64,000 nt of DNA from Octopus sinensis (lineage: Eukaryota): the NCBI RefSeq assembly GCF_006345805.1, contig NC_043002.1:68448001-68512000 (forward strand), written 5' to 3'. The notes under the pieces are model-generated. The model ran no database searches and was not told the DNA's origin. It saw nothing but the letters and a program-made list of their open reading frames with translations. This document shows, in pieces, positions 51,951-64,000 of the stretch. Within the stretch, counting starts at the first letter, position 1. The number at the start of each line of letters is the position of its first letter. A program made the position numbers and the translations under genes.

Positions 51951-52328
51951 AGAATTATGAAAAGACCAGTAAACTATAATTTCAAGCCCTACTTTAAGCT
52001 TTTTAATTCATCTTGAAACCAAGGTATATTATACACCCGACACTGAGGTCTTGATATTAAGGACACCTGGCCTTAAAATTTCCACCCTGGCACTTCAACC
52101 AAATATATGAAGTTGCAGGATATTCATTCCACAATACTGTGGGTAAATAAGTGTAAATGTTCTGTTCAAAATTCTACAAATCTCTCTTAAAACTAATTAC
52201 AATAATTTCATGTGTAGCAAGAGCAAAAGAATTGTAATGCTTTGAATGGAGCATTTCTGACAGAAAAAATTCTCTGAGAAATTTATGAACTGAATTTTTA
52301 CTGATATAAACAACTATTAACCTTTCTT

Positions 52329-52561
52329 CTTTCTTTACTGCCCACAAGGGGCTACACATAGAGGGGACAAACAAGGACAGACAAATGGATTAAGTCGATT
52401 ATATCGACCCCAGTGCGTAACTGGTACTTATTTAATTGACCCTGAAAGGATGAAAGGCAAAGTCAGCCTCAGCGGAATTTGAACTCAGAACGTAGCAGCA
52501 GACAAAATACCGCTAAGCATTTCGCCTGGCCTGCTAACATTTCTGCCAGCTTGCCGCCTTA
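52329..52561 (-). mobile_element. tRNA-derived SINE (family A) in a Rab40 intron
   Basis: Full-length copy; flanks share tattaacc(t/c)ttct (probable TSD). Confidence 0.9.
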
Positions 52562-53012
52562 GTTATTAACCCTTCTGTTGCCATAATTCAGTTGAAATAA
52601 AAATTTCGTTTCACTAAAATTTTTCAGAGCGATGAAGACTTTAGTAAAATAACTTTATCAGTAATAAGTTAGAGTTTGAAGCAAAAATTAACATGACATT
52701 TTGACCAAAGGCTTTAATTTAGATCACTTTAAAATATGAAGCTTATATCATAGAACTAAGATGGTCTCAGATGGGTTGGTATCAAAAAAGTTACACACTC
52801 TGAATTCAAGAGTTTTATTCTTTTACTTGTTTCAGTCATTTAACTGTAGCCATGCTGGAGCACCTTCATATCTCTAGAACTCTTTAAATATTAGTGTTTG
52901 AATATTTTTTCAATAATGATCAAGAAAACTAATGTCATAAATAAAGTAAAACAAATAATAAAAATTTTAAACAGAAAGGCAGAAAAAAAAGAAAAAAGAA
53001 AATATTTTATAC

Positions 53013-53235
53013 CTTTATTTGGACCCCAGGTTCTGCTCATTCCATTTCTTTTTAGCGCAAGTCGTGAAAGTTCAGCTAATGACTCTTGAACGTTGAAGTC
53101 ACATAAAGGACTAACTTCAAAGAAGGCCAAATCGTTCTTCAGAGCATATGATTCAGCAGTAATTTCACTAACTTGACGTTTATAAGCTAAATGTAGACGG
53201 TTTCCAATTAGAATTTTAGGTACACCGGGTGCATG
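53013..53235 (-). CDS. Rab40: Rab40 internal coding exon (223 nt): HAPGVPKILIGNRLHLAYKRQVSEITAESYALKNDLAFFEVSPLCDFNVQESLAELSRLALKRNGMSRTWGPNK
   Basis: ttttttccag|CAT...AAA G|gtataa. Contains the Rab40-specific G4 (GNRLHL) and G5 (EVSPLC) variants; overlaps ORF 52891..53130. Confidence 0.97.
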
Positions 53236-53701
53236 CTGGAAAAAAAAATTTTTTTAGAAATTAGTAATGATCCAAATATATAAATGTGTGTGTGTGTGTG
53301 TTATGCACAAGTGTGGCTGTTTGTTAAAGCAATTTTCTCTTCATGGTTTTGAATCCAATCTCACAGTGTGGCAACTTGGGCAAGGGTCTTCTATAAGCCC
53401 AAGGCCAACCAAAGCTTTGTGAGTGGATTTGGTATTACAGAAACTGAAAAAAAATCTTAATTTATATATATGTATCTTTTATCTATTACTTGTTTCAGCA
53501 TACTGAAAAATTTGAAGAATCAGAAAAATTATATTACATATATATAAGAGGGATGACCACTAAGTGGACTGCCCGCTTATGTTCTGGCGTTTGCTGAATT
53601 TTCTTGAGAACAATCTTTTCTTAGTGGTCAGACCATATGAAGTTCACATCTAGCATAATGGATGTCCACTTAGTGGTCATCCCTCTTATATATATATATA
53701 T

Positions 53702-53747
<46 letters not shown>

Positions 53748-54219
53748 TTACTGTACAAAAAATAGGTGGGTTATATATTTGAGACCATTTTGTACTTCAA
53801 ATATTTTTCCTTATTTATTAACTGTGAAGCTACATAAGTAACTCAAGGTCCTAAGGTTCCATGCCAAAGTATTGATCAAACAAAACAGGATTCATACATT
53901 TGTTTGAATATGTAACCAAAAACAAAATATTTCAAGACAGTTTAGAAAAAAATAATACAAAAAACACCAGTTAAATGTCATATGTAATTGGAAATTTTAA
54001 AGATTAATCACTAGTTAATGTATGCAAGTGCAATTTATCTGCATTAATCAATTGCTCTTGTGCACAACTGTGGACACCCCAAGATACCAAGACTGTACTA
54101 GAAAACACCTACAGCTGGTACCATACTACAGCAAGAATAAATCTGAAACCAAGAAAATTCTTTAACCACATGGCCATGCATGCACGCATGTGTGTGTGTG
54201 TGTGCCTGCACGCATGCAT

Positions 54220-54510
54220 GGAGGCACATGGCCTAGTGGTTAGAGCAGCGGACTCGCAGGTTCGAATCTCAGACCAGGCAATGTGTGTGTTTATGAGCGA
54301 AACACCTAAGCTCCATGCAGCTCCGGCAGAAAGTAATGCCAGAACTTCTGCTGACTCTTTCGCCACAACTTTCTCTCACTCTTTCCTCCTGCATCTTGCA
54401 GCTCACCTATGACGGACCAGCGTCCAATCCAGGTGGGGAACCTACACACCAAGAAAATTGGGAAACCAGCCATAATGAGCCAGGCGTGACTTGAGAAGGA
54501 ACAAACAACA
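54220..54510 (+). mobile_element. tRNA-derived SINE family C (V-domain-like core)
   Basis: Head ggaggcacatggcctagtggttagagc...ggttcgaatctc; core gacggaccagcgtccaatccagg; related copies at about 54995-55345 and 60637-60890. Confidence 0.75.
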
Positions 54511-54582
54511 ATATATATATATATATAATCATAATCATCATCGTTAAACGATGATGATGATATATATATATATGTATATGCA

Positions 54583-54830
54583 CTTTATTAATAAAGCTAC
54601 AAAAACATCACAAAAAAACTGTTACTCAGAGTTTCACATTCCTGTTCGTTGGACAGTTTTGGTTGAGATTCTCAACCAAAACTGTCTGACAATAGGGAAC
54701 ACGAGACTCTGAGTAACAGTTTTTTTATGGTGTTTTTGCAGCTTTATTAATAAAGCTTATTACTCTACCTCCGGTATTCGAGTACTATTTTTCCCACCTT
54801 CTTTCACATTTCTGTGCTTACTCTGGTATA
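54583..54830. mobile_element. Fold-back element (86-bp arms, 1-nt spacer, ~75-bp one-sided tail) between (TA)n tracts in a Rab40 intron
   Basis: 54583-54668 versus 54670-54755, about 13 mismatches, many of them CpG-decay-like. Confidence 0.85.
54618..54720. ncRNA. Pair of decayed minimal type I hammerhead ribozymes (minus 54657-54618, plus 54681-54720)
   Basis: Minus arm: actgt-CCAACGA-aca ggaa tgt-GAAA-ctctgagTA-acagt. Plus arm: actgt-CTGACAA-tagggaacac-GAGA-ctctgagTA-acagt. Stem I actgt/acagt is perfect in both. Confidence 0.55.
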
Positions 54831-54973
54831 TATATAAATATATATATATATTCATAAATGTTGAACGGTGAAAATGAATGCTCAACACCACATTGGTGGA
54901 AATAATTTCTTTATTTGGGAATTAAGGCTACCATTGGTTTTATGTTAAGAAAAGCAGGAAAATATATATATAT

Positions 54974-55010
<37 letters not shown>

Positions 55011-55878
55011 GTATGGCTCAGTGGTTAGAGTGTTGGGCTCACAATCATGAGGTAATGAGTTCGATTCCCAGACCTGGTTGTGTGTTGTGTTCTTGAGCAA
55101 GACATTTTATTTTAAATTGCTCCAGTTCACTCAGCAGTAGAAATGAGTTGCAATGTCACTGGTGCCAAGCCGTGTCGACCTTTGCTTTTTCTCTTGTGTA
55201 ACATTGATGGCATGGAGAGGGAAGACTGGTATGCATGGGCAATTGTTGGCCTCACATAAACAACCTTGCCTGGACTTCTGCCTTGGAGGATAACTTTCTT
55301 GGTGCAATCCCATGGTCATTCATGACAAAGGGGGGGGGTCTTTACCCGTTTACTCACCACATGCCTATTTCAGGTGAATAACACTGAAATGTTCACTGGT
55401 TAACTTAAATGACTTATTTTGATTTTTGCTATTTTTCATTTTGGTTTTGGCCTTTTCTATTCCTAGCCTGGTGACTCTTTGTTTATATCTTGCGGTAGTG
55501 GCAACTTTGGCCCAATGACCACCTATGCTGAGGAGAGTTCAATGTGTAATGAACTTCAGTAAGTTGAGAAACATATGTAACCTATATCCCAACCTGTTCC
55601 ACACCTTAAAAATTTTGATATATACAATCTTATTTTTTGCTTCTTTGTTTCAGTCATTAGACTACAGCCATGCTGTGTACACACACACACAGTGGAATAT
55701 AGGGCATAACATATAACCAATGCTTAGAATTCTGTACTCTATTTTTTAGTTTGGAAAATGCATCCATGAAGAAAAATCTAATTATCATGCAAAATATCCT
55801 GTTGATGTTCTTCATTGATATCCAGAACACTGAGTATAAATATATAAATGTGTGTGTGTGTGTATCACTCTCTCTCTG

Positions 55879-55921
<43 letters not shown>

Positions 55922-57129
55922 CACACATATATACATACATAGATACATACATGTATGTATGTACATGTGAATATAAACAAAAGTGGAGAGATGTTCATAA
56001 CGACTGTATGAACATATTTTCACTCGTTTTTTTTTTCTCTCTCACACACTCACACACACATGCATGAGTGTGTCTGGAAAGAGAGTGGAAAGGAGAGACA
56101 AGAAGATGCATTTTGCCTTCACGTTTTAAATGAAAATATATGATACTAAAGCTTAGAAAGTGTATTAATTCATCAATTAAATTGCTTTTTCTAACTGCAT
56201 TATCCCAGTGTTGAGGATACACAATGAAGCTAGCTTGTTGGCAACGGGGATGTCAAACAGACTTTCTGTTAAAAGTGTCTGTTGTCTGATTATGCCTGTA
56301 CATCTGGCATTGATAACAAATGAAAGAAATGAGAGGAAGTGAACGCATCATGTGTGTGTGCATGTGTGGTTGTATGTATGTCTCCATGCATGTACGTACA
56401 CTAGCTGCGGAGGGAACCTGTGAAAGGGGTAGACCCAGGAAGACACGAGAAGAGGTAGTGTAGCATGAACTTCGAATGTTGGGTCTCATGGAGACAATGA
56501 CTAGTAACTAAGAACTTTGGCGATATTCTGTGCCTGAGAAGTCCCGTCAGACCAAGTGAAATTGTAGTCATGGCTGATGCTGGTGTCACATAACTGGCAC
56601 ATTTTGAGCATTGGGCTTCACAAAAGCAATGTGGCCGATGCTGGTGTCGTCTAACTAGCACCTGTGCTGGTGGCATGTAAAAAGCACTTTTCAAGTGTTG
56701 GACCTTATGGAGGCAATGACAAATGACCGAGAACTTTGGCAATAAGCCATGCTTGAGTAGAAGACCATCAAGCCAAGTGAAAAAATAGTCATGGCAGATA
56801 CTGGTCTCATGCAACTGGCATTAGGAAGGGCATCCGGCCATAGAAACCATGCCAATCAGAATGGACTCTGGTGCAGGCCCTCAGCTTACCAGCCCTGGTC
56901 AAACTGTCCAACCCATGCCAGCATGGACAAGAGACGTTAAATGATGATGATGATGATATATATAAAATGTTTACCCTGAATGGGTAAAACCTTGATCAAA
57001 GCTGCATAGCAATGTCTACCTTGGATGAATATGTACATAAACTAAATGCACATAAATGTTACATCAAAGGACACTAGGACAGTTACGATGTCTTTATTAT
57101 ACGAAGTCTTGATTATATATATATATATA

Positions 57130-57369
57130 TTGGTAGCATGTAAAAAGCACCATCCGATTGTGGCCGTTTGCCAGCCTCGTCTGGCACATAAAAAGCACCC
57201 ACTACACTCACGGAGTGGTTGGCTTTAGGAAGGGCATCCAGCTGTAGAAACACTGCCAGATCAGACTGGGCCTGGTGCAGCCTTCTGGCTTCCCAGACCC
57301 CAGTTGAACCGTCCAACCCATGCCAGCATGGAAAGCGGACGTTAAACGATGATGATGATGATGATGATG
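57130..57369 (+). mobile_element. RTE-associated SINE or LINE tail (family D, ends in (GAT)n)
   Basis: ttaggaagggcatccagctgtagaaacactgcc...gcggacgttaaacgatgatg. Further copies at about 890-1140 (-), 2075-2300 (+), 6045-6370 (-), 33460-33640 (-), 35415-35600 (-), 56820-56960 (+), 57940-58110 (+) and 61310-61500 (-). Confidence 0.85.
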
Positions 57370-57620
57370 GCATATGTAGACTTGAAAGAAATGAAGCCAG
57401 TATGCTTCGCTGGATGTGCAGTGTCAGTGTACATGTTTGACAGAGTGAAAGTATCTGGAGAGAAAAGTTAGGCGTAAGAGGAATCAGATGTGGTGCAAGA
57501 GAGACAACTGTGCTGGTATGGTCATGTGATGCGTGTGTATGAGGACGTGGAGGAAACCAATGGTAGAGGTAGACCCAGGAAGACATGGGACAAGATGGTG
57601 AAGCATGATCTTTGAGCCTC
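57370..57620 (+). mobile_element. RTE LINE fragment
   Basis: ICRLERNEASMLRWMCSVSVHV...RGRPRKTWD-type C-terminal RTE sequence. Confidence 0.8.
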
Positions 57621-58499
57621 ATAAAAGCAATGACTGGTGATTGAGACCTTTGGCGATGTGCTGTGCTTGAGAGGATCTATCAAGCCAAGCGCATCCATGC
57701 TGGTGGCACATAAAGAACATCTTTTGAATGTTGGGCCTCATGGAGGCAAACTGGCTGAGTTCCTTTCAAGTGTTGGGCTCGTAGAGGCAAAGTGGCTGAG
57801 TTCTTTTCAAACAGAGGCAACAACAACCAAGGCTTTTGGCATTATGTTGTGCTTGAGAAGAAGACCCATCAAGCTGAGCAAAATTGCAGTCACGCAAATT
57901 GGCATGTAAACACACCCTGGTGTCATGCTAGTGGCACGTAAAAGCACCCATTACACTCTCAACATTAAGTTGGCATTAGGAAGGGCATCCAGCCATAGAA
58001 AGCCATGTCAAATCAGACTGGAGTCTGGTGCAACTTTTCAGTGTGCCAGCCCAGTCAAACCACCCACCCCATGCCAGCATGGACAATGGACATTAACTGA
58101 TGATGATGATATACACATCTTTTTTGTTATTTGTTTCATTCATTGGACTGCAAACATGTTGGAGCACTGCCTTGAAGGGTTTCAGTTAAACAAATCGACT
58201 CCAGTACTTATTTACTTATTTTTAGTCTGGTACTAATTCTATCAGTCTCCCTTGGTGAACAGCTAAGTTACGAAGCCATAAACACACACACACACACACA
58301 TGTGTATATGACAGGCAACCTCTCAGTTTTCTGCCCACCAAACTGACTCACAAGGCATTAGTTGGCTCAAAGCTATAGTAAAAAAAAAAAAATTAAAAAA
58401 AAAGCTTGCCCAAGGTGCCATGCATTGGGACTGAATCCAAAACCACATAGCTGTAAAGCAAGCTTCTTAACCATACAGCCCCCTCCTCTCTCTCTTTTC

Positions 58500-58966
58500 T
58501 CCCCACGTGACCGGTGTTCGACCAAGCCCGACCTTTCTTTCTTGGTTCGGCTGTCATCTATATTCCTCCCTGTGCCTGTGAAATCTTGTATCTCTGCTGT
58601 AAGGCTTTACTTCCACATATGCCAGCTTAATTTAATTCGTTCTTAGTTGAAAGACACCTGTTGTTATGTCCTGTTATTTGTATTTGTGTAACATTCTCCG
58701 TTTTTTTCCCCCGTCCTTGTTTTCATATACATTTGCTGCTTTCTCCCAAGGAATCTAATGCTCTTAGCTTAGTTTTTCCTTGGGGCTAGCCAGATTGGAG
58801 CAATCTTGAGTATAACCAGCCGAAATTGCAAAGATAATCTGGAACTTAACGGAGGAAAGAAAAGTCCGAATGACCCTTCCTTGTTTTCTTTGTATCGTCT
58901 ATCTGGATGTTTTGCATTTATATATATATATATATATATAAATGGAACAAAAATGCAATAGAGGAC
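58500..58966 (-). mobile_element. Element related to 24746-24944, abutting (TA)n
   Basis: The reverse complement shares acatc..agatagac.atacaaa and aagga.gggtca.tcg...ttctt...gttaagtt.ccagat with 24780-24890. The terminal motif aaatggaacaaaaatgcaatagaggac recurs at 58940-58966 between TA tracts. Confidence 0.65.
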
Positions 58967-59008
<42 letters not shown>

Positions 59009-59732
59009 CATACATACATACACAAGTAGCTAGTTAGTAGATTGCAAATTATACATAGATATGAAACTTAGGAGAATATTTTCTAAAGTCTAACAGCAAT
59101 TTAGTGCTCAAATCATGCAGTGGGGTTGGATATTCCTGAACAAAATATTGGTTTCAAATTTTGGTACAAGTTCAGGGGAGAGGATAAGTTGATTACATTG
59201 ACCCTAGTTTTCAACAGGTACTTATTTTATTAGCCTCCAAAGGATGAAAGGCAAAGCAGATCTCAGCAGAATTTGAACTCAATACTGGAACAAAATATAA
59301 ACCAAAACTATAATATTTATGCTGTGGATTTGTGTCAGCGAGCAGATTGTAGATATACAATGAATATTCAGATACTCTTTAGTATTTCTAAAGGTGGTGC
59401 ATGGAAAATGAATAAAGCTAGCAATAAAGATTTAGATAAAATTACTTTTGCAGAAAATCAATGTGGAACGTGGGACTCAAACATTTGAGAAATACACCTT
59501 TTCAGTATATAACACTATTGCAAAGTAAACTTAATTAAATAAATAAATGAGTATATAATCTGTTCTAAAATAGCCAACACGACTCTTCTACAATGTAATT
59601 GTTGGAATTTTAACACCCAAATTCAGATCAGGTCACTCATTAAACTCGTACATCTTCTAAATGTTATTTGAATTAAAAATTGAAAAAGAAGTAACGGAAA
59701 CACAAAATATCATTCAAAAGAGGTTAACATAC

Positions 59733-59810
59733 TTCATCCACTTCTCTTAACCATCGGTTGATACCATCAAATGACCATCTGTTTGTGATGTCATACACCA
59801 GCAGTATTCC
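59733..59810 (-). CDS. Rab40: Rab40 internal coding exon (78 nt): GILLVYDITNRWSFDGINRWLREVDE
   Basis: tttccacag|GGA...GAA|gtatgt on the minus strand; in frame with both neighbouring exons; near-identical to the Rab40 family sequence GILLVYDITNRWSFDGI. Confidence 0.96.
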
Positions 59811-62745
59811 CTGTGGAAACAAATGTGCAAAAGTTATTAATATGGCTCAATTTATTTATTAATCATCAAAATGTTTGAGGTTAGAAAAGAGACCAATGAC
59901 AAAAATCAGTTATTCATGCAACTTAGGTGATGGAAGCTATTGCTATACAGTTCAAGGTCACCAATTATTCTTGTTGTAATTGTTCTTCATCATTATCAGC
60001 AGCAGCAACCCCCCACTGTTTTGAGCCCTAGAACTCACAGCATCAATTATCCAGTTTCCATGGCATATAAGTAACTGAAATCACCCCCCCCCCCCCACCC
60101 CATTGAAGGGTTACTTATTTACAGCTGAGAGGACCGGAGCAATATGAAATAAAATGTTTTGTTCAAGAACACAAGGCATCGCCTGGTCTGGGAATTGAAA
60201 CCATGATCTTGTGATTGAGAGTGCAAAACTTTAACCACAAGGCCATGCACCTTCACTCACCATGATCAGATTGACTTATAAATAAACCACCCAGTCACAT
60301 TTCAAAATGAATGTAGGATTAAAAATTTTTTCTAATATTTAGTGAAGAGGGAAGGACAGAGTCCTTGATCCATTCAAGACTTCTGAGACTGGTGAAAGGG
60401 ATGAAGAAGAGGAGGGAAGAAATTATCCTCAGATTGGAGACCTGACTTGAATGCTTGCATCAGGGTGGGTTCCGCTAAAGGCACCATATCGTGCCAGGTG
60501 GTGGTGTTCAACTGGGCAACAGATTGAGCCTACCAATCCACTTAAGCTATGGTGGGATTTGAACTTGGAGCACAAAGTGACTGAACAAACACCACAAGTT
60601 ATCCAGACATTCTTATAGTTTACCAACCCACTGCCCCGTGGAGACATGTGGTTTAGTGGTTAGGGTGTTGAACTCATGATCATAAGATTGTGGTTTCGAT
60701 TCCTGGACCGAGCGATGCATTGTGTTCTTGAGCAAAACACTTCATTTCATGTTGCTCCAGTCCAGTCAGCTGGCAAAAATGAGTAATCCTGCAATGGACT
60801 GGTGTCCCATCCAGGTGGGGAATTTATATGCTATGGCAACCAGGCAACTGGCCCTTATGAGGTGGCATGACATGAGAAAGGGAAAAAAAGAGCCTACTTT
60901 TTTGTCAATGCAAAAAAAAAAAAAAAGAAAAAAAAGAAACAGTCGACTCTGGCAAGATTCAAACTCAGATTGCAGAGAATTGGAATAAATACTAGGATGC
61001 TTTCTATCAGACACCCTAATGATTGCCTACAAAAGTATCTTGAAAGATGCTTCAGCAACCAAAATCCCATATTGATTTTCATTTTTATTTTCTGTCATTC
61101 ACAGCAAACCCTGAAGGATTGCCTAATCAAGTTTTTATATCTATACTGTAAATTTGTAAGTAAAACCTAACCAAATAAAACCAACAGAGAGACCAAGTGT
61201 AAAATATTCTGAGCACGGAAATTAAGAATATCAAGTTAAAAAAAAAAAAAGAAGAAAAAACCCCCGACGAGGATTTACTTAGTTATTGTAGTCTGGCATT
61301 ATTTTAATCAAGTTATCGTCATTATTTAGCATCCGCTTCCCTTGCCGGCATGCGTTAGACAGTTTGACTGGAACTGGTATGCCAGAAAGCTGAACCAGGT
61401 TCCAGTCTGATTTGGTTTGGTTTCTACCAACCAATCCAAGAGTGTAGTGGGTGCCTTTTACGTGTCTCCAGCACCAGCCACGACTACAATTTCACTTGGC
61501 TTGATGAGAGAGAAAATTATATAACTACATTTATATTGGGTTTTTGTATTGTAAACCCAATACAGTGTGCCTGTTTTGCAACTCCCTGCTGCTGTGTTTT
61601 TATAGACTAACATAATAGGACCTATTTATTTAATTGAAAAACAAAATAAAATTGTCTGACAGGCTGGACTAATAAATTATTTTGTGTTCAGTATTAAACC
61701 AAGCTTACAAAATATATAAATACAAATTAAGTCATCATTATCCAATGAAAATATAAACAACATTAACTAGTACTTAGTTCAGTCACCCAGTTTGCTAGAA
61801 ATAAAAGCCCAAATTCCCTCAAAACAAACCATATCACCTTAAAGAGAGTAACAATAGACTGGATAATGTAGTTCCAAATATACAAAAAGATGTGATGGTC
61901 ATAGCTGGAATGCTCTGATCAAACCTCAGCTGGATCAGGGCTGACCTTCAGATACTGAGTTCTTTACTAGAGGTTCAGGGTTGAGGTAAAAAGGAGTTGA
62001 GAAAAGAAACCCTAGCATACATCCACCTGAAACTCTTCATATATTGCTAAAACTAATCTACTTTACACGTCCATTATCTAAACCAGCTTTCTGTGTCAAC
62101 ATCTGCAAGTCTTTGTTATTTGTTCTTTTGCGTCCCCACTCCTCAGATAAATATGACTTTGTATAATGTAAATTTACAGCCTACAGCTGGATACTTTTCC
62201 TAACACCAACCATTTCCCAGTACACTTTGTGGAAGGGCATCCAGCTACAGACACCATGCCAGAACAAACACTGGAACTTGGCAAAGTTCTCTGGTTTGTC
62301 AGCTTCTGTTAAACCCTCCAACCCATGCCAGCATGGAAAATGAATGTTAAAGAGTGGTGGTGATGATGTCTCTCAATTTCTCTATGACTTCCTCTACTTT
62401 GTTACTTGGTTAAAATAAAATGCCAGACTACGTACTACATAACTAAATAAGTAATCCGTACTTTGACCTTGGCTATTATCCCTAAGGTTCTCTCTGGTTT
62501 ACTTTATATTCTTAATTTCCTTGTTTAAAATACTTTACAATTAGTTCTCTGCTGGTTTTATTTGGCAAGATTTTACTTAGACTAATTCAACCTCAATTTT
62601 ACCAAATATTTCTTATAACATTCCTAAAATTGTTGGAAATTCTCAATGAAATGAAAAATTTTTCTAAATATGAAATATCAGTTTTTTTAAATTTACTTTT
62701 TCATCATAAAAGTTAAAGCAATTTAGCAAGCCAAATAATATTTAC

Positions 62746-62806
62746 CTGAGCACCACGTGAGTAAGAGCGAAATATGGTACAGAACCTTCCTTGTCCTGAT
62801 GTATCC
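62746..62806 (-). CDS. Rab40: Rab40 internal coding exon (61 nt), G3/switch II region: (W)[20 protein letters not shown]
   Basis: Minus strand reads ttttcatag|GGATACATCAGGACAAGGAAGGTTCTGTACCATATTTCGCTCTTACTCACGTGGTGCTCAG|gtaaat. Canonical AG/GT; peptide matches the Rab40-type WDTSGQGRF motif; phase 2 in, phase 0 out. Confidence 0.96.
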
Positions 62807-64000
62807 CTATGAAAATAGAACATTAAACCAGTTAGTAGAAAAAATAAATAAATGTGTATCTTCATCAATGAAACAAATTTTCATGGACATAGAAGCCTAT
62901 TTATTAAAACTGAAGCATTGTGCCAAAATAAAAATAACCCTTGTATATTATATAAAATGAAAATAAAAATTTTCCTTTTTGTTTTCTCCCTAAGAAATTT
63001 ATTTTTGTAACAAGAAGAAAATTAAGAGTTAGGCTTACCACTTCAGAAAATATATTTAGTTGTGAACATGTAAGAATGTATGAATGTATGTTTTACATGA
63101 AGGTAACGATACATATCAAAAGGCAATGTTTTTGGTTAGCAAACATAATTTATTCCTTGATCACACATGAAGTAGTAGGCACATCAGAGATCTGCATTTA
63201 AGGAAGCAGGGTGTAGGAGACAAAGGTTAATTCCTTAATACACATCAAGGTAGTTAGCTCTGGTACTTGGTTGCAAATCTAAAATATCCAATGAGTTTTG
63301 CAGTGGTAATGAGGTGAGGTAGGAATCCCATAGCGTGTCAAGCTAGATGAGTCACAAGCTTGTAGACAGTTTAGTGTCTACATCTGGATGGGATAAAGCA
63401 AAGCAGTGACGAAAGGGAACCAGGTGCTAATGTTCCAACCTTTAGACAGTGACTGAATAATTGCTCTTGAAAAGCGTGTGTTGTTACTCTGGGTGGAAGT
63501 CGTCATGTGTATTCTGCTAGCTTTTAAAGGGCCGAGGAACGCAGCATTAATGTGCTGCTATGCTGGGGCAAAGTAATTCTATTGCCCTACCACACTTCTT
63601 TTAACTGAAGTAATTTTGATGTAACATTCAGAAGAATAAAGGAAAAACTGTTGCAACAAAACAAGGTGCTTTACCAAATCAAAAATATAGAATTTACATC
63701 ACACACTTTCAAAGAGATGAAAAGGGGCCATCTTTCAAAACACATACCAGATGTTAAATAAAAATAAAATCATCACTGATCATCTCTACACAAGCTAGAG
63801 ATATAAATATATAAAAAACTGTTAAGATAAACTCTGAGAAAATTAATAACTTTTAAAAGTACAAAAACACTGCTCAAAAAGAAATATCTCATTGCTTCAA
63901 AAGCCCTGTTGATGTTGCCTGAGTTTCTTCCGAAGCTGCCTTGTAACAAAGATCATGTCGTCAGTATCTTAGTCCCTGCAGAAGTCACATGGTGACTCTG

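Noticed and set aside
54220-54290. tRNA-like sequences (also at 25554, 32468, 55010 and 60640)
   Set aside because: These are SINE heads: A/B boxes run into SINE bodies, with no complete cloverleaf.
58835-58895. Possible hammerhead in the 58.5-kb element (gga...tcc-GAAT-gaccc)
   Set aside because: No CUGANGA-like core or stem I can be assigned.
1-64000. CRISPR arrays, rRNA genes or prokaryotic operons
   Set aside because: No regularly spaced repeat-spacer units or rRNA motifs; the sequence is intron-containing eukaryotic DNA.
62807-64000. Upstream Rab40 exons (P-loop and DYKTTTILLDG region)
   Set aside because: No matching reading frame found by eye; presumably outside the window.

Overview
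AT-rich, repeat-dense eukaryotic genomic DNA, inferred to be a cephalopod (Octopus-like) from its tRNA-derived SINEs, RTE/CR1 LINEs and very abundant (TA)n/(CA)n/(CAT)n microsatellites. The only protein-coding gene I can support is Rab40 (Rab GTPase plus SOCS box) on the minus strand. Its last four coding exons are at 62806-62746, 59810-59733, 53235-53013 and 49411-49173; the 5' exons were not found and probably lie beyond the right edge. The rest is transposon debris: Helitrons, an internally deleted mariner, CR1, RTE, BovB-like RTE, an R4/Dong-like tail, a Penelope-like GIY-YIG remnant and many SINEs. There is also a motif-dense candidate promoter at about 19 kb with no identifiable ORF. The most interesting signal is a set of unrelated, asymmetric fold-back elements next to or inside (TA)n tracts (23.4, 42.1 and 54.6 kb, with a related case at 24.7 kb). 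Three of them carry outward-pointing type-I hammerhead-ribozyme folds: one with a canonical core, one minimal and decayed, and one with an apparent G3-C8 swapped core. This fits Penelope-like or retrozyme-type inverted pseudo-LTRs. All folds were read by eye and are untested.
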